A DNA stretch of 63,500 nt, the filler included, from Collodictyon triciliatum (taxonomy: Eukaryota), in the NCBI GenBank assembly GCA_043381765.1. It is 17 parts of 17 records of this genome, joined end to end, with 100 filler letters (N's around TTAATTAATTAA, not from the genome) between each part and the next. Parts side by side here need not be neighbours in the genome. Positions count along the whole stretch, not along the records: positions 52,221 to 56,129 come from JBHJMP010006723.1; positions 56,230 to 60,138 come from JBHJMP010006724.1; positions 60,239 to 61,919 come from JBHJMP010006770.1; positions 62,020 to 63,500 come from JBHJMP010006825.1; 13 more parts are not named here. One strand, 5' to 3'. The first letter of the stretch is position 1. The number at the start of each line of letters is the position of its first letter. Shown here piece after piece: positions 52,428 through 63,500 of the stretch. A program made the translations under genes and the position numbers. The notes under the pieces are model-generated. The model searched no databases. It was not told the origin of the DNA and worked only from the letters and a program-made list of their open reading frames with translations.

Positions 52428-55400
52428 CTTTTTAAGGATTCTTTCTCTTCTTCTTTAGTTATATTCTGTGATATCAGTGAAGCAATTTTGGACTGTAGCT
52501 TTGTAATTTCGGCGCTTTGAGACCCAGTTATTACTTGGAGCTGATGAAGGTTCGGTGAATCATAATCAGATATTGTGGTGTGATTCGTTTCGGTTTTCAA
52601 GCAAAAATAATATATATATATATAGAAAGCGAGGAATACATACATCTTCCAAATTCTTTCTTAAAGTCTTCTCTTTTAATAAATCCTCAGGGCTATATCA
52701 GTAAATAGTTGTTATATTTTCAAAATACAACATAACAGTGTATGATTGCGGTGAGTATGGGGAAATTCTTAATATTCGATCAGTGACATAATAAAGAATA
52801 CGTTTGTGTGGTCGCATGCACAGTTTTACTTGCTTGAACTGCACTCTGCAAATATTTAAATTAATAATGAACGTGCATATAACAAGAGATATAGAGAGGA
52901 GTGGTTTGATAATCAACGCTTAAAAAAAAAAAGAGAAGGTATCGAAACCCGAGCGAGGTGAAAGACACATCAGGAATAGGCAGCATGTAAAAATCACTTT
53001 CGCTAATGACACGTTCTGTTCCAAGAGTTTTTGTTTCTCATCGAGCAACTTTTTCTTGGTATCCATCAACTGAGAAAATTCCGACTGTTGCAATAGTAAA
53101 TAAATAATGAAGTAAATATATAAAAATTAAAATATATGAAGGTAATTAAACTTTTGAGAAACAGAAATAAGCAGGGAAGCATAATATTGATGAAAACATT
53201 GATACCTCGACGCTCCTGAGCTTTTCATTCAAGATTGATATTTCTCTCTTTGCAAAGAAAAAATTAATGCAAAAGAAATCAAGGCTAACACTATCATGGA
53301 AAAGGTAAATATAAAAATCAAGAAAAAAAGCTATGTTAAGAATAAAAGGAATGAAATATGGAAAGAAAAAAAGATAGTGTTTTAAATTCAAAAGAGACGT
53401 AATGAAGAAGATAGAACCATCGAAACAAAATCCATAATAATATGGATGAACTTGAAGGAAAAAAGAATTAATCATTACTTGTTGATCCTTTTCAGTCGAT
53501 CGCAATGTATCACAAATCTATTCGTAACAATAGGCAAAACATTCGTTAGCAAAACATGATTATAAAATGGAAGCGATACGGCATAATCATGTGTTGAAAT
53601 TAAATTTCAAAAAAATATGTTTTTGGACTTTTTGGAGGTCTTCATTTTCTTTATTCAGCCGTTTCTCTGCCTCAGTTTTTTCGTGTAAGACAGTATCCGC
53701 CTCGGTCATGAGTTTTTGGTTTCGCATAATTTCCTATCATGATAATTATGATGATGATGGTGATTAAATCAAAAAATATTACGTTCACAAAATTTTCAAT
53801 ATAAATGTTGGTTTTGATAGTGGTAAATTTACACATATGAAACAGAGAATCGGAAAGCTAGAATAAATTTTATTTGCTTTAATCGACTCAAAAGGGGGGG
53901 GGAGGGAGGGGGGTCTTTTGAGAACTAGAATCATTTATCGAAGAGATTATCCTTGGGAATAATACAAAGAAGCGTGTATATTTATGTTAACCTGCATTTG
54001 TTGTTCAACTAGAAATGTTTTCTCCGCCAAAGCAAACTCCAAGGTAGGTATAGATGATAATTTTGCTTCTAGTTTTTTCCTATGGAATACAAAGTCTTAG
54101 TGCAAACACGGTTTAGATTATTCCATCGAAAGGAGAATTTCCTCATTAGATTTACTTTTCTTCACGACAGCTAGTAAGATCATTCATAGCTCTTTCCCGG
54201 GTGATACGAGCTTCCTATTAGAAGGAACAAAAATGAGATGATAAACGAAAATGACGTAATAAATGGAATATTGTGTTCCTGTTTCGTTTTTTAATTTTGA
54301 ACTAAAATCAGTCAGCAAAATTTTTTTATTCAGATGTGGATTTAATTAAGTATTTCAGTGAGCCTTATGTTAATGAAAAAAGGAAACATTGATGGTAAGC
54401 TGAGCTTGGTGAATGGCTTCCTTAAATTCCTCTATCTGTGCATATAGTTCGTTCAGATGAAGCTTCAGATCTATATTCTGAGATATTAGAAAATGGATAT
54501 GTAAATTAGTGAAAGTGTTTAGGTAGGGTATTGGCTTAATGATGATTTCTTTTGGTCCATAATGCGTTCAATTAATGAGATCAATGAAAAAGGGGAATAT
54601 TTGGAAAGGGCATAGATGAATTTACTTCTCGCGTTGTTTCGTCATAGTATTCGGGCTTCATTTTGGCAAATTGGCCTTCGAGATAAAATATTCGCAGCTT
54701 CAGGGAAAAATTTTCCTCTTGGAGATCTTTCATTATCTTATCATGACATAACAAAAGATGTAAGTGATTTTTGAGGAGATGTGTTTTGGATAATCAAATA
54801 CCAAGAGAATAATTATTCCAAAACATCATGAATATCCATGAATCAGTAGAAACAGTGAGTATATAAATTTGTGTATTTATGAACAGTTGATCTCTAAAGA
54901 GCGCAATGTCATAAGCTTGGAAACCGTCCTAATAAAAAAAAAATAGTGAAGTTATAAGCAGCTCACCGCTTGGTATTCACCGACTGTCTGAGGGAGTTGA
55001 ACTTCATCATCTTCATAGATAGTATCAAATATGTGTTGTTCAGTCTGATTAGAAGATGTCTGAGTATGACCATTCGATTTAGGAGAGAGGCGTGCGAAGT
55101 TTTCTCGAAACTCGACGTATTGTTCATCAATTATGGCTTGGCCGATTTCTCCGGTTTCCTTGGTGTTTGCACCAGGTGTGTGAAACTCCCATGTAGCAGA
55201 CTCTTCTCGAAAAAGCCGCAACTGTTCATTCAGAGGTTTCCTTGAGATAAATGTATAAAATGTGTTCTAAATACAAATGGCTGCTCGAATTGATGGAATG
55301 TGGTTACATGATATTTGCAAAAGTTTATTAAAACTCAAATATTTACGCAAATGTCACATTTTGTTCATTATTTCGATGTCAAGAATTGGATAATTATATT

Positions 55401-55810
55401 TTTGTTTAATTTCAGAGAAGGAAAAGATTACAGAATATGTTGAGGAGAAACAGATGACATTTTTCGAAGTGGTGGCGGCCTTCTTTCACGGAGGGGGCTA
55501 GTAAATTATATTCTTGACTGAGCAAATAGAATTTGATGACATCACTGAGGTATGCTCTTTAATGTAATATAATAAGTAATGTTAAATTTCTTATGGGTTT
55601 ATGGGGGTTGGGTTTTATTAGTGGGTAATTGTATTTTTTAAGCTGTTTCTGATTATATATTAAATATATATTCAAACCTTGTCTCTTGATCAGCCGAGGT
55701 GAATGACTCGTCTTTACCAGCTGTGAGATATCGACCGACATTTGTACCTGCGAGGTTCTCGACTTTGTTCGCTTGACCCAAAGACATTTATGTGAACTAC
55801 ATTCCCATGA
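52428..55810 (-). CDS. Multi-exon coiled-coil protein of unknown function, partial
   Basis: Many short GT-AG exons rich in E/K/Q/L, e.g. AEITKLQSKIASLISQNITKEEEKESLK. Confidence 0.55.
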
Positions 55811-56355
55811 CAATTATCAAACGTAGTGAGGACAAAAGTTTGAAAAAAAAAAGTTGAAGTCCTTTAATCAAATGTTGCATTTTTTTTAATTTATTTTTTA
55901 ATTTGCTAATTCTTACAAAAAAATTCTTCTTTAAGCAATAATTTTTAAATTTTGAATTTATGCTATTTCGTTCTTATACTTATTCGTTTGTGTTTTAAAG
56001 GTTTTTTGTTTGTTTTTGTTTGTTTTTGTTTGTTTTTGTTTGTTTTTGTTTGTTTTTGTTTGTTTTTGTTTGTTTTTGTTTGTTTTTGTTTGTTTTTGTT
56101 TTTTGGTTTTTTGGTTTTTTGGTTTTTTGNNNNNNNNNNNNNNNNNNNNNNNNNNNNNNNNNNNNNNNNNNNNTTAATTAATTAANNNNNNNNNNNNNNN
56201 NNNNNNNNNNNNNNNNNNNNNNNNNNNNNAAGCTCTGGAAAAAGAAAAAAAAAAAAAAGCAAATATATCCCTCCACGATAACATGAAGGACAAGATTTAT
56301 GAATAGAATAAATTACAAAGAAAATGTGTGCCCTCTGCAGTGGGCAAGAAATGTA

Positions 56356-56394
<39 letters not shown>

Positions 56395-56949
56395 GAGTTT
56401 ATTTGCGGCATCACTACGACGGGGGGTAATCCACACCCAACGCGGCGTCGAACGGCACTGATTCCAGACCCAGCAAACCAGACACGCACGCCCTTCGTAC
56501 AGAATCCTGGCATGGGATGCTATCATTTCCACAAACGTTGGCCACCGCATGTGGATTATACTTGAAAATATGTCGCCACCGCACATCCATTTTTAAATTA
56601 TGGCCTGAATATATTATCATATAATCTAAAATACACATGTACTAAGTTTTAATGCTTACTAAGGACAGAAGCTCCGACTAAGTGAAATAAGATTATCTTT
56701 TTATATTTTCCAGAATTAAAATTGACCACATAGCATCGCGAACAAGCATGTCATCATTTCCAAATGATAATGTCGACTCACCACAGGACTCAAGACCCAG
56801 GACTCAAGACTCAACCCACATTGTGGTCTATATATAAATATTGCAGCCCACAACGAGGCTGAAAGGATAGTATATATGTTCTTTGCATGATCATCCAAGC
56901 ATTTTTCATTTCAAGACAATGTTCAAATGAACTGCGCATCTGAGGAGAA

Positions 56950-57560
56950 AGAACACGAATCTGTCTGGCCAAGATGAACACAAAGGCAATTGACGGACTG
57001 CAAAGTGGCGTGTGGTGACAGGGGTAACCTGCCCGTGGCCCCTCCACACACACACGTAGACGCGAGGACACACAAACATAATTCTACACGGGCCCAAGAA
57101 TGATGCAGACTCCCAAGGGGGAATGCTATCTGGACTCCAATGATTGAGTCATTTGGTAATCCGAAGCACCGCCACGTGAATCTACACCCAGCTAAGCCGT
57201 GAACATCGACCGCTTCGTCTGCGCATGTGGAGAGGCCAATGGCACTTGGGCATTCGCTCACCGGTATGCTTCAACTCCCGCAAGAGCGACCATGCCGAAG
57301 CTAGACATGGTACTTCTAACGCTACGAAGTGAGTGTGATGAGTGCTGCTCCGGGGCCACTCGCGCTCCGTGTACTCAGGGACCACCGCCTATTAGCTGCG
57401 AAACGCACCCCTTCCCGATTTGCAGTCATAGCCTGGTTCCTTGGAGCGGATGGTTGACGTTCCCTAACGGCACTCATCATGCCTGCTCGTCTTGGAAACT
57501 CATATCTGCAGCGGGGGACCTCAAGCAACCTGAGACCAACTCAGCGAAGAGCTCATTGCC
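56950..57560 (+). mobile_element. Possible highly degraded DIRS1-like retroelement (RNase H / methyltransferase junction)
   Basis: Collinear degenerate motifs across frames: NIILH..N.AD, LDSND*VI, NIDRF, FNSR, PLALRVL and LVPW..W..FPNGTH; GC-richer than the flanks, with stops and frameshifts. Confidence 0.38.
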
Positions 57561-58349
57561 GTCCGTCGCACAGCTGCCTCATGCTCCTTGTCACGCAAAT
57601 CGAAGCTCCCTGCATGTGTCTTCTGCCAGGCTGTGGGTCTGAGGCAAGGGCATGCAGGTAACGCTCTCGAAAATGCCAGGTGAGGAGTTGTAGGACGGGC
57701 CTGAGTGACCCTCGGCAAAGCAGTACGCACTGGGTTGTTGGGTTGTGAGATCGTCCTCCCTTGGCGTCGCTGACTCACGGATTAGACCAGGCCAGAAAAC
57801 GTAGTGCGGCGCACACCATGTGGTTACGAGGCAAATGCTGAGGAGTCCCGAGCCCGTGGACCTGAGAATGCTAGCGTCCTCTTGGTAAGACTACTCCTTG
57901 AACAACCCCCTATCTTGACTCCTGCGATCCTGTTCCACTCGTACCTTTGTCTTCCCTACTCCTTTCTGTTAGCGATGATGTTTGTATATTTGGAATTACC
58001 GTCCGAAGACAGGTTGGTTCCTGTCGCTCGTGTTGATAAACTACGGCTGTTTTCTGAGCTAACACCTAATGCCAACCGCCCTATGTCGGAACCTTTCTCC
58101 CACCTTCGCTAATCACTCACCCTTGCAGCTTGTGGAGCTTCCGCAGCAGGCACCAGTCATGCAGCCTTCCAACAGAGCGTCCGTCAGACAAGACCACCTT
58201 AGATCACATTCGCTTTAATAAACGTCCGATACCCACCCATTCACCTCTCCACTTCGCGATATATCACACTATGAATCGACAGTATTACGAGAACCTGCAG
58301 CGAACAACTCCCGTCCCAAGACAAGGAATCTGATCTGAACTCGAGAAGG

Positions 58350-60023
58350 ATGGAACGAGAGCGCGGCGCACTCTCGGGGCCGGACTTTGAGGAGTTGGAC
58401 CGGGAAAAGATATCTGGACTTATGGAGCGGTTCAAGGGGCTCGTGCAGGAGAGCCGAACAGGCGAGATTCTCGTTGCGTTTGAGTCTCTGAGCAAGGTGG
58501 AGCCCCTCTCTGTCTTTTGCTTTCTTATTCTTGTTCTCATTCTAGTTTTGTTTTGTTTTGTTTTGCTTCCCTCCAACTTTAACCTTCCGCAAACACATAG
58601 AGCCTGATCGAAGCGCAGCAGGAGCTTTCCTTTGCAAAGAGCAATGCTGGAAGCGAGTACGTCGACGAGTTGCAGGGGAAGATCAAGCAGCTGAAGCTCT
58701 ACGTGGACGCCCAGCTTAACTACTTGCAACAAGATCACGAGCAAAAAGTAAAACCTTTGTTTGTTAATTGAGCCATTTAATCAATTACTTATACATACGC
58801 TCATTTTGCTTACACAGCTCACAGTGCCTGTCATTTCCATCTCACTTTATTCATATTATCTTATCTCATTACACCACCTTGTCTTCGTTTTTTATATACT
58901 ATTTCATGTATTTTTTTTTTTCGCAGTGATGGTGTGCTCAATCCTTTTCTTTTTCATTTCCTTATACTCATTTTCGTAGATGATCCATCTGCAACAAGCT
59001 TTTCGAACAGAGCTGTCGAATTCTTTGGCCATCCGAGACGAAGACTGCAAGAGAAGGGTTCGTTAAGTAGACGTAGCTTTTTTATATGAAAAACAAAAAA
59101 ATTAAAAAAATTAAAAGATTAGAAAAAAACAAAAAACAAAAAACAAAAAACAAAAAACAAAAAACAAAAAACAAAAAACAAAAAACAAAAAACAAAAAAC
59201 AAAAAAACAAGACGGAGTTATAATCTATGACTACATGCTGAATCAAATTTGATCACAAGTCGACATGTCATTACTTATATCATTCTATACCCACTTCAAC
59301 ATCGAGTAATCAACGACAATCTCCTGCTTCCAAGATTGCTGCCATAGAAGAAAGCACTCGTGAAGAAATGCTGGTCAGAGGGGAGCAAAATGCCAAGGTG
59401 ATAAATGATTTGATGACTGTGCTGTCCCACAGAGAGGAAATGATATCCGATATGCAGTACTTCATCAGGTCCTCCGAAGCGAAAGTACAGAAATATCACA
59501 ACGAAATGGCGAATGCAGAGGTTACTAATGAACGAATAGGCGGATTTCACTTCAACCCTTAATAACTTTTAATTGTGACACATTCTACACATATTCAATA
59601 TATTAATTCTCGAAATAGATATTCAAATTTAGTATAATACTATAAGTAGGTATGTAATAGAAAAATAAAAAGGAAAGAAAAAGAAGCCAAAGATAATTGA
59701 CATTGTTTACTAATATTCGAATACATAGAAATTGATGACAGAAAGTTTGGCTGCGTGTAAATCCAAGGAGTCTCGCGTGATTGAAGTCATCTCACGTTTA
59801 AAACATATTATCACCCAAAAGGACGCATCAATAAGTATAATTAGCGAAAACTTCTCAGTTCCGACAATATCCATTGCATCGAGCATTTATAGACAGAAGG
59901 AACCATCCTCCAGTTTAATTTATATACACACTATCCTTAAATAATCCCGCGCTAACTATTCAGATTCTTTGCAAACATCGATTAACTTGGCATTGAATCC
60001 GTCACAACGTGAGAGCACAACGG
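58350..60023 (+). CDS. Multi-exon coiled-coil protein of unknown function, 3' partial
   Basis: In-phase exons MERERG..FESLSK|SLIEAQQ..DHEQK|MIHLQQ..CKRR|IAAIEE..MANAE|KLMTESL. Confidence 0.65.
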
Positions 60024-60032
60024 GTGGGATTT

Positions 60033-60138
60033 TGTTTGTTTGTTTGTTTGTTTGTTTGTTTGTTTGTTTGTTTGTTTGTTTGTTTGTTTGTTTGTTTGTT
60101 TGTTTGTTTGTTTGTTTGTTTGTTTGTTTGTTTGTTTG
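60033..60138. repeat. (GTTT)n microsatellite
   Basis: Direct tandem repeat at contig end; (CA)n and (CACT)n follow at 60239-60450. Confidence 0.95.
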
Positions 60139-60238
60139 NNNNNNNNNNNNNNNNNNNNNNNNNNNNNNNNNNNNNNNNNNNNTTAATTAATTAANNNNNN
60201 NNNNNNNNNNNNNNNNNNNNNNNNNNNNNNNNNNNNNN

Positions 60239-60301
<63 letters not shown>

Positions 60302-60469
60302 AAACACATAAACAAAAAACACAAAAACAAAAAACACAAAAACAAAAAACACAAAAACAAAAAACACAGAGACACACACAAATCACATACACGCACTGAC
60401 TCACTCACTGACTCACTCACTCACTCACTCACTCACTCACTCACTCACTCGCCTTCGACCGCAGCAGCC

Positions 60470-61241
60470 ATGCACCCGAGACACAGCACCCACGCCCCGT
60501 CCACGTCGATGGGCCCCGCATATGGCATGGATGCGCCGTGGGCCGCGCCGCTCGCGCACGGCTACACACACACGGACACGGTGTCGCTGCCCTACCACAC
60601 TGCAGACACAATGCCGGCGCCGGCCACGCCCGCCTTCGTGCAGGTGCAGGTGCCCATCGCGATGTACCCACACTCCTCGGCCGCCCGGAGCGACGCCGCC
60701 CTCGCCACGGGGTAAGCCGCCCAGCCGCTCGCCCATGCCACGCGCTTTTGCCTCCCTCCGCCAGCTGATGCCGCATTTGGCCCGGTGACCCACGCCTCCC
60801 TCTCTCTCTCCCCGCAGCCTGCCGCCCCTGCACGCGGTCGTCCAGGACGCTGCGCACGCCGCGGGCCGGCCGCTTGCCAGATACGGCGGAGACATCGCGA
60901 TGCCCGCCCAAATGCAGACACCGATGCAGATGCACCTCCCCATATCCGCCGACGCCTTCCTCCGGCACCACGACCACACCCGCACATATCTGCACCCCCA
61001 CCCGCTCACCCACCCGCCGCACATCCTGCTTCCATCCACGCCTGGCCCCGCGCCTTCGAAGACGTGCGTGTCTCTATCTGCATTCTCTATCGGCATGTTC
61101 TATCGGCATAATCCATCGGCATTCTCTGCCCGCAGGCCCGCGTCTGCCATCAGAAAGAAGCGTCGCGCAGCCCCTGTGCAGCCACCGGCGGGCCCGCAAC
61201 CCCCCGCGCTGCCCGGGTTGCTCCTTAGCGCCGTAGCAGCG

Positions 61242-61273
<32 letters not shown>

Positions 61274-61743
61274 CGCGGCTCCGTCCAGAGCGCGTCGGCC
61301 CACGGAGGTGAATCCATACATAGCGTACTGTACCTTGAAGCGTGCCCAGGTCCGGAAGGAACATCCGTTTGTCACAAATAGAGAGATCCTGCTGATGGTG
61401 GGCGAGATGTGGAGAAACGAGTCCTTGGATGAGAGAAAAAGGTCATTTTATTTTCTAAAGGTGTATTTATTTATTCATTCATTCATTCATTCATTCAGTG
61501 ATGTTTGGTTGTTATTATTTTGTTTTGTTTTTGAATCCTGCCGACATGCTTTCGAAAGAACTTTGTACGTTGAATTATGATTATTATGTTACTACCAAAT
61601 TTCTTTACAAAAGTATTCGATGAATATATGTACTAATAGCTTTATGATCACTTTTCACCAATGCGTGTACGATACATAGATTTGAAGGGATTGCAAAGGA
61701 AATGACCTTGAAGAATACCAGTAAATCTCTATCGGACTCATAA
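60470..61743 (+). CDS. Single HMG-box transcription factor with P/A/H-rich N-terminus
   Basis: RRPTEVNPYIAYCTLKRAQVRKEHPFVTNREILLMVGEMWRNESLDERK|RFEGIAKE; exons 60470-60711, 60818-61441 (possible internal intron about 61064-61135) and 61680-61743. Confidence 0.85.
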
Positions 61744-62019
61744 GTGACAATCAAATGATTAAATGATTCAGCGAATTTAATGGAAAGTAAACGAAGCAAC
61801 TTTGGAAAGGACATCCATTTTGCTTCCTAAAATTTTTCCTCTTTTTTTTTTTTTTTTTTTTGAAGAGTTTAAAAAAAAATATTTTAAGGTAAGGGGGTTT
61901 GTGGGGGGGGATTTTTTTTNNNNNNNNNNNNNNNNNNNNNNNNNNNNNNNNNNNNNNNNNNNNTTAATTAATTAANNNNNNNNNNNNNNNNNNNNNNNNN
62001 NNNNNNNNNNNNNNNNNNN

Positions 62020-62118
62020 TTTTCTCTTCTTTTCTCTTCTTTTCTCTTCTTTTCTCTTCTTTTCTCTTCTTTTCTCTTCTTTTCTCTTCTTTTCTCTTCT
62101 TTTCTCTTCTTTTCTCTT
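62020..62118. repeat. (TTTCTCTTCT)n repeat upstream of a splice acceptor
   Basis: Direct tandem 10-mer. Confidence 0.9.
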
Positions 62119-62147
62119 TTACTTATGTCAAAGTTCTTAATAAACAG

Positions 62148-63384
<1,237 letters not shown>

Positions 63385-63500
63385 GTGCGTCTTTAACAGT
63401 ACAGTCATATTAAGTTGTTTTTTTTTTTTTTTTGAAAGAAGCATTGAAAAAAAGTATAATTCATTTTATTCCAGGAAATAATTTCAATTATTTGGCACTT

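Noticed and set aside
3966-61975. Regularly spaced TTAATTAATTAA palindromes as a biological array
   Set aside because: Always flanked by exactly 44 N on each side and encoding stops in all frames: an artificial concatenation linker. Cross-linker gene neighbourhoods were therefore not interpreted.

Overview
This window is not one continuous locus. It is a concatenation of 17 short draft contigs (about 3.9 kb each, roughly size-sorted) joined by artificial N44-TTAATTAATTAA-N44 six-frame-stop linkers, so gene adjacency across linkers means nothing. The DNA is eukaryotic, AT-rich, intron-dense and rich in microsatellites, and uses the standard code. Homologues of RSPH4/6 and CFAP77 indicate an organism with motile flagella; I cannot name the taxon. 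Genes reconstructed by hand from splice sites and reading phase: a RING-H2 protein, a TRP-like channel with C-terminal SPRY-like domains, RSPH4/6, a renalase-like oxidoreductase, a SNARE-like tail, OsmC/Ohr, a Myb/SANT-like protein, an NHE8-like Na+/H+ exchanger, a divergent double-AAA ATPase, an O-fucosyltransferase with an in-frame TGA, an RNF4-like RING, a C2H2 factor, a DDB1/Mms1-like propeller protein, a Roco-type COR-kinase-LRR protein, CFAP77, a METTL25-family methyltransferase, an HMG-box factor, a carnitine acyltransferase and several unknown coiled-coil or low-complexity proteins. There are also fossil L1/Tx1-like elements and possibly a DIRS-like element. Best leads: (1) a Roco-like protein with a non-RD kinase, SAM-like repeats and C-terminal LRRs on phase-0 exons of exactly 69 and 8x69 nt (candidate protist immune sensor); (2) the TRP-SPRY fusion; (3) a probable U12 minor intron in the NHE gene. 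All family calls come from motif recognition by eye, not from database searches.
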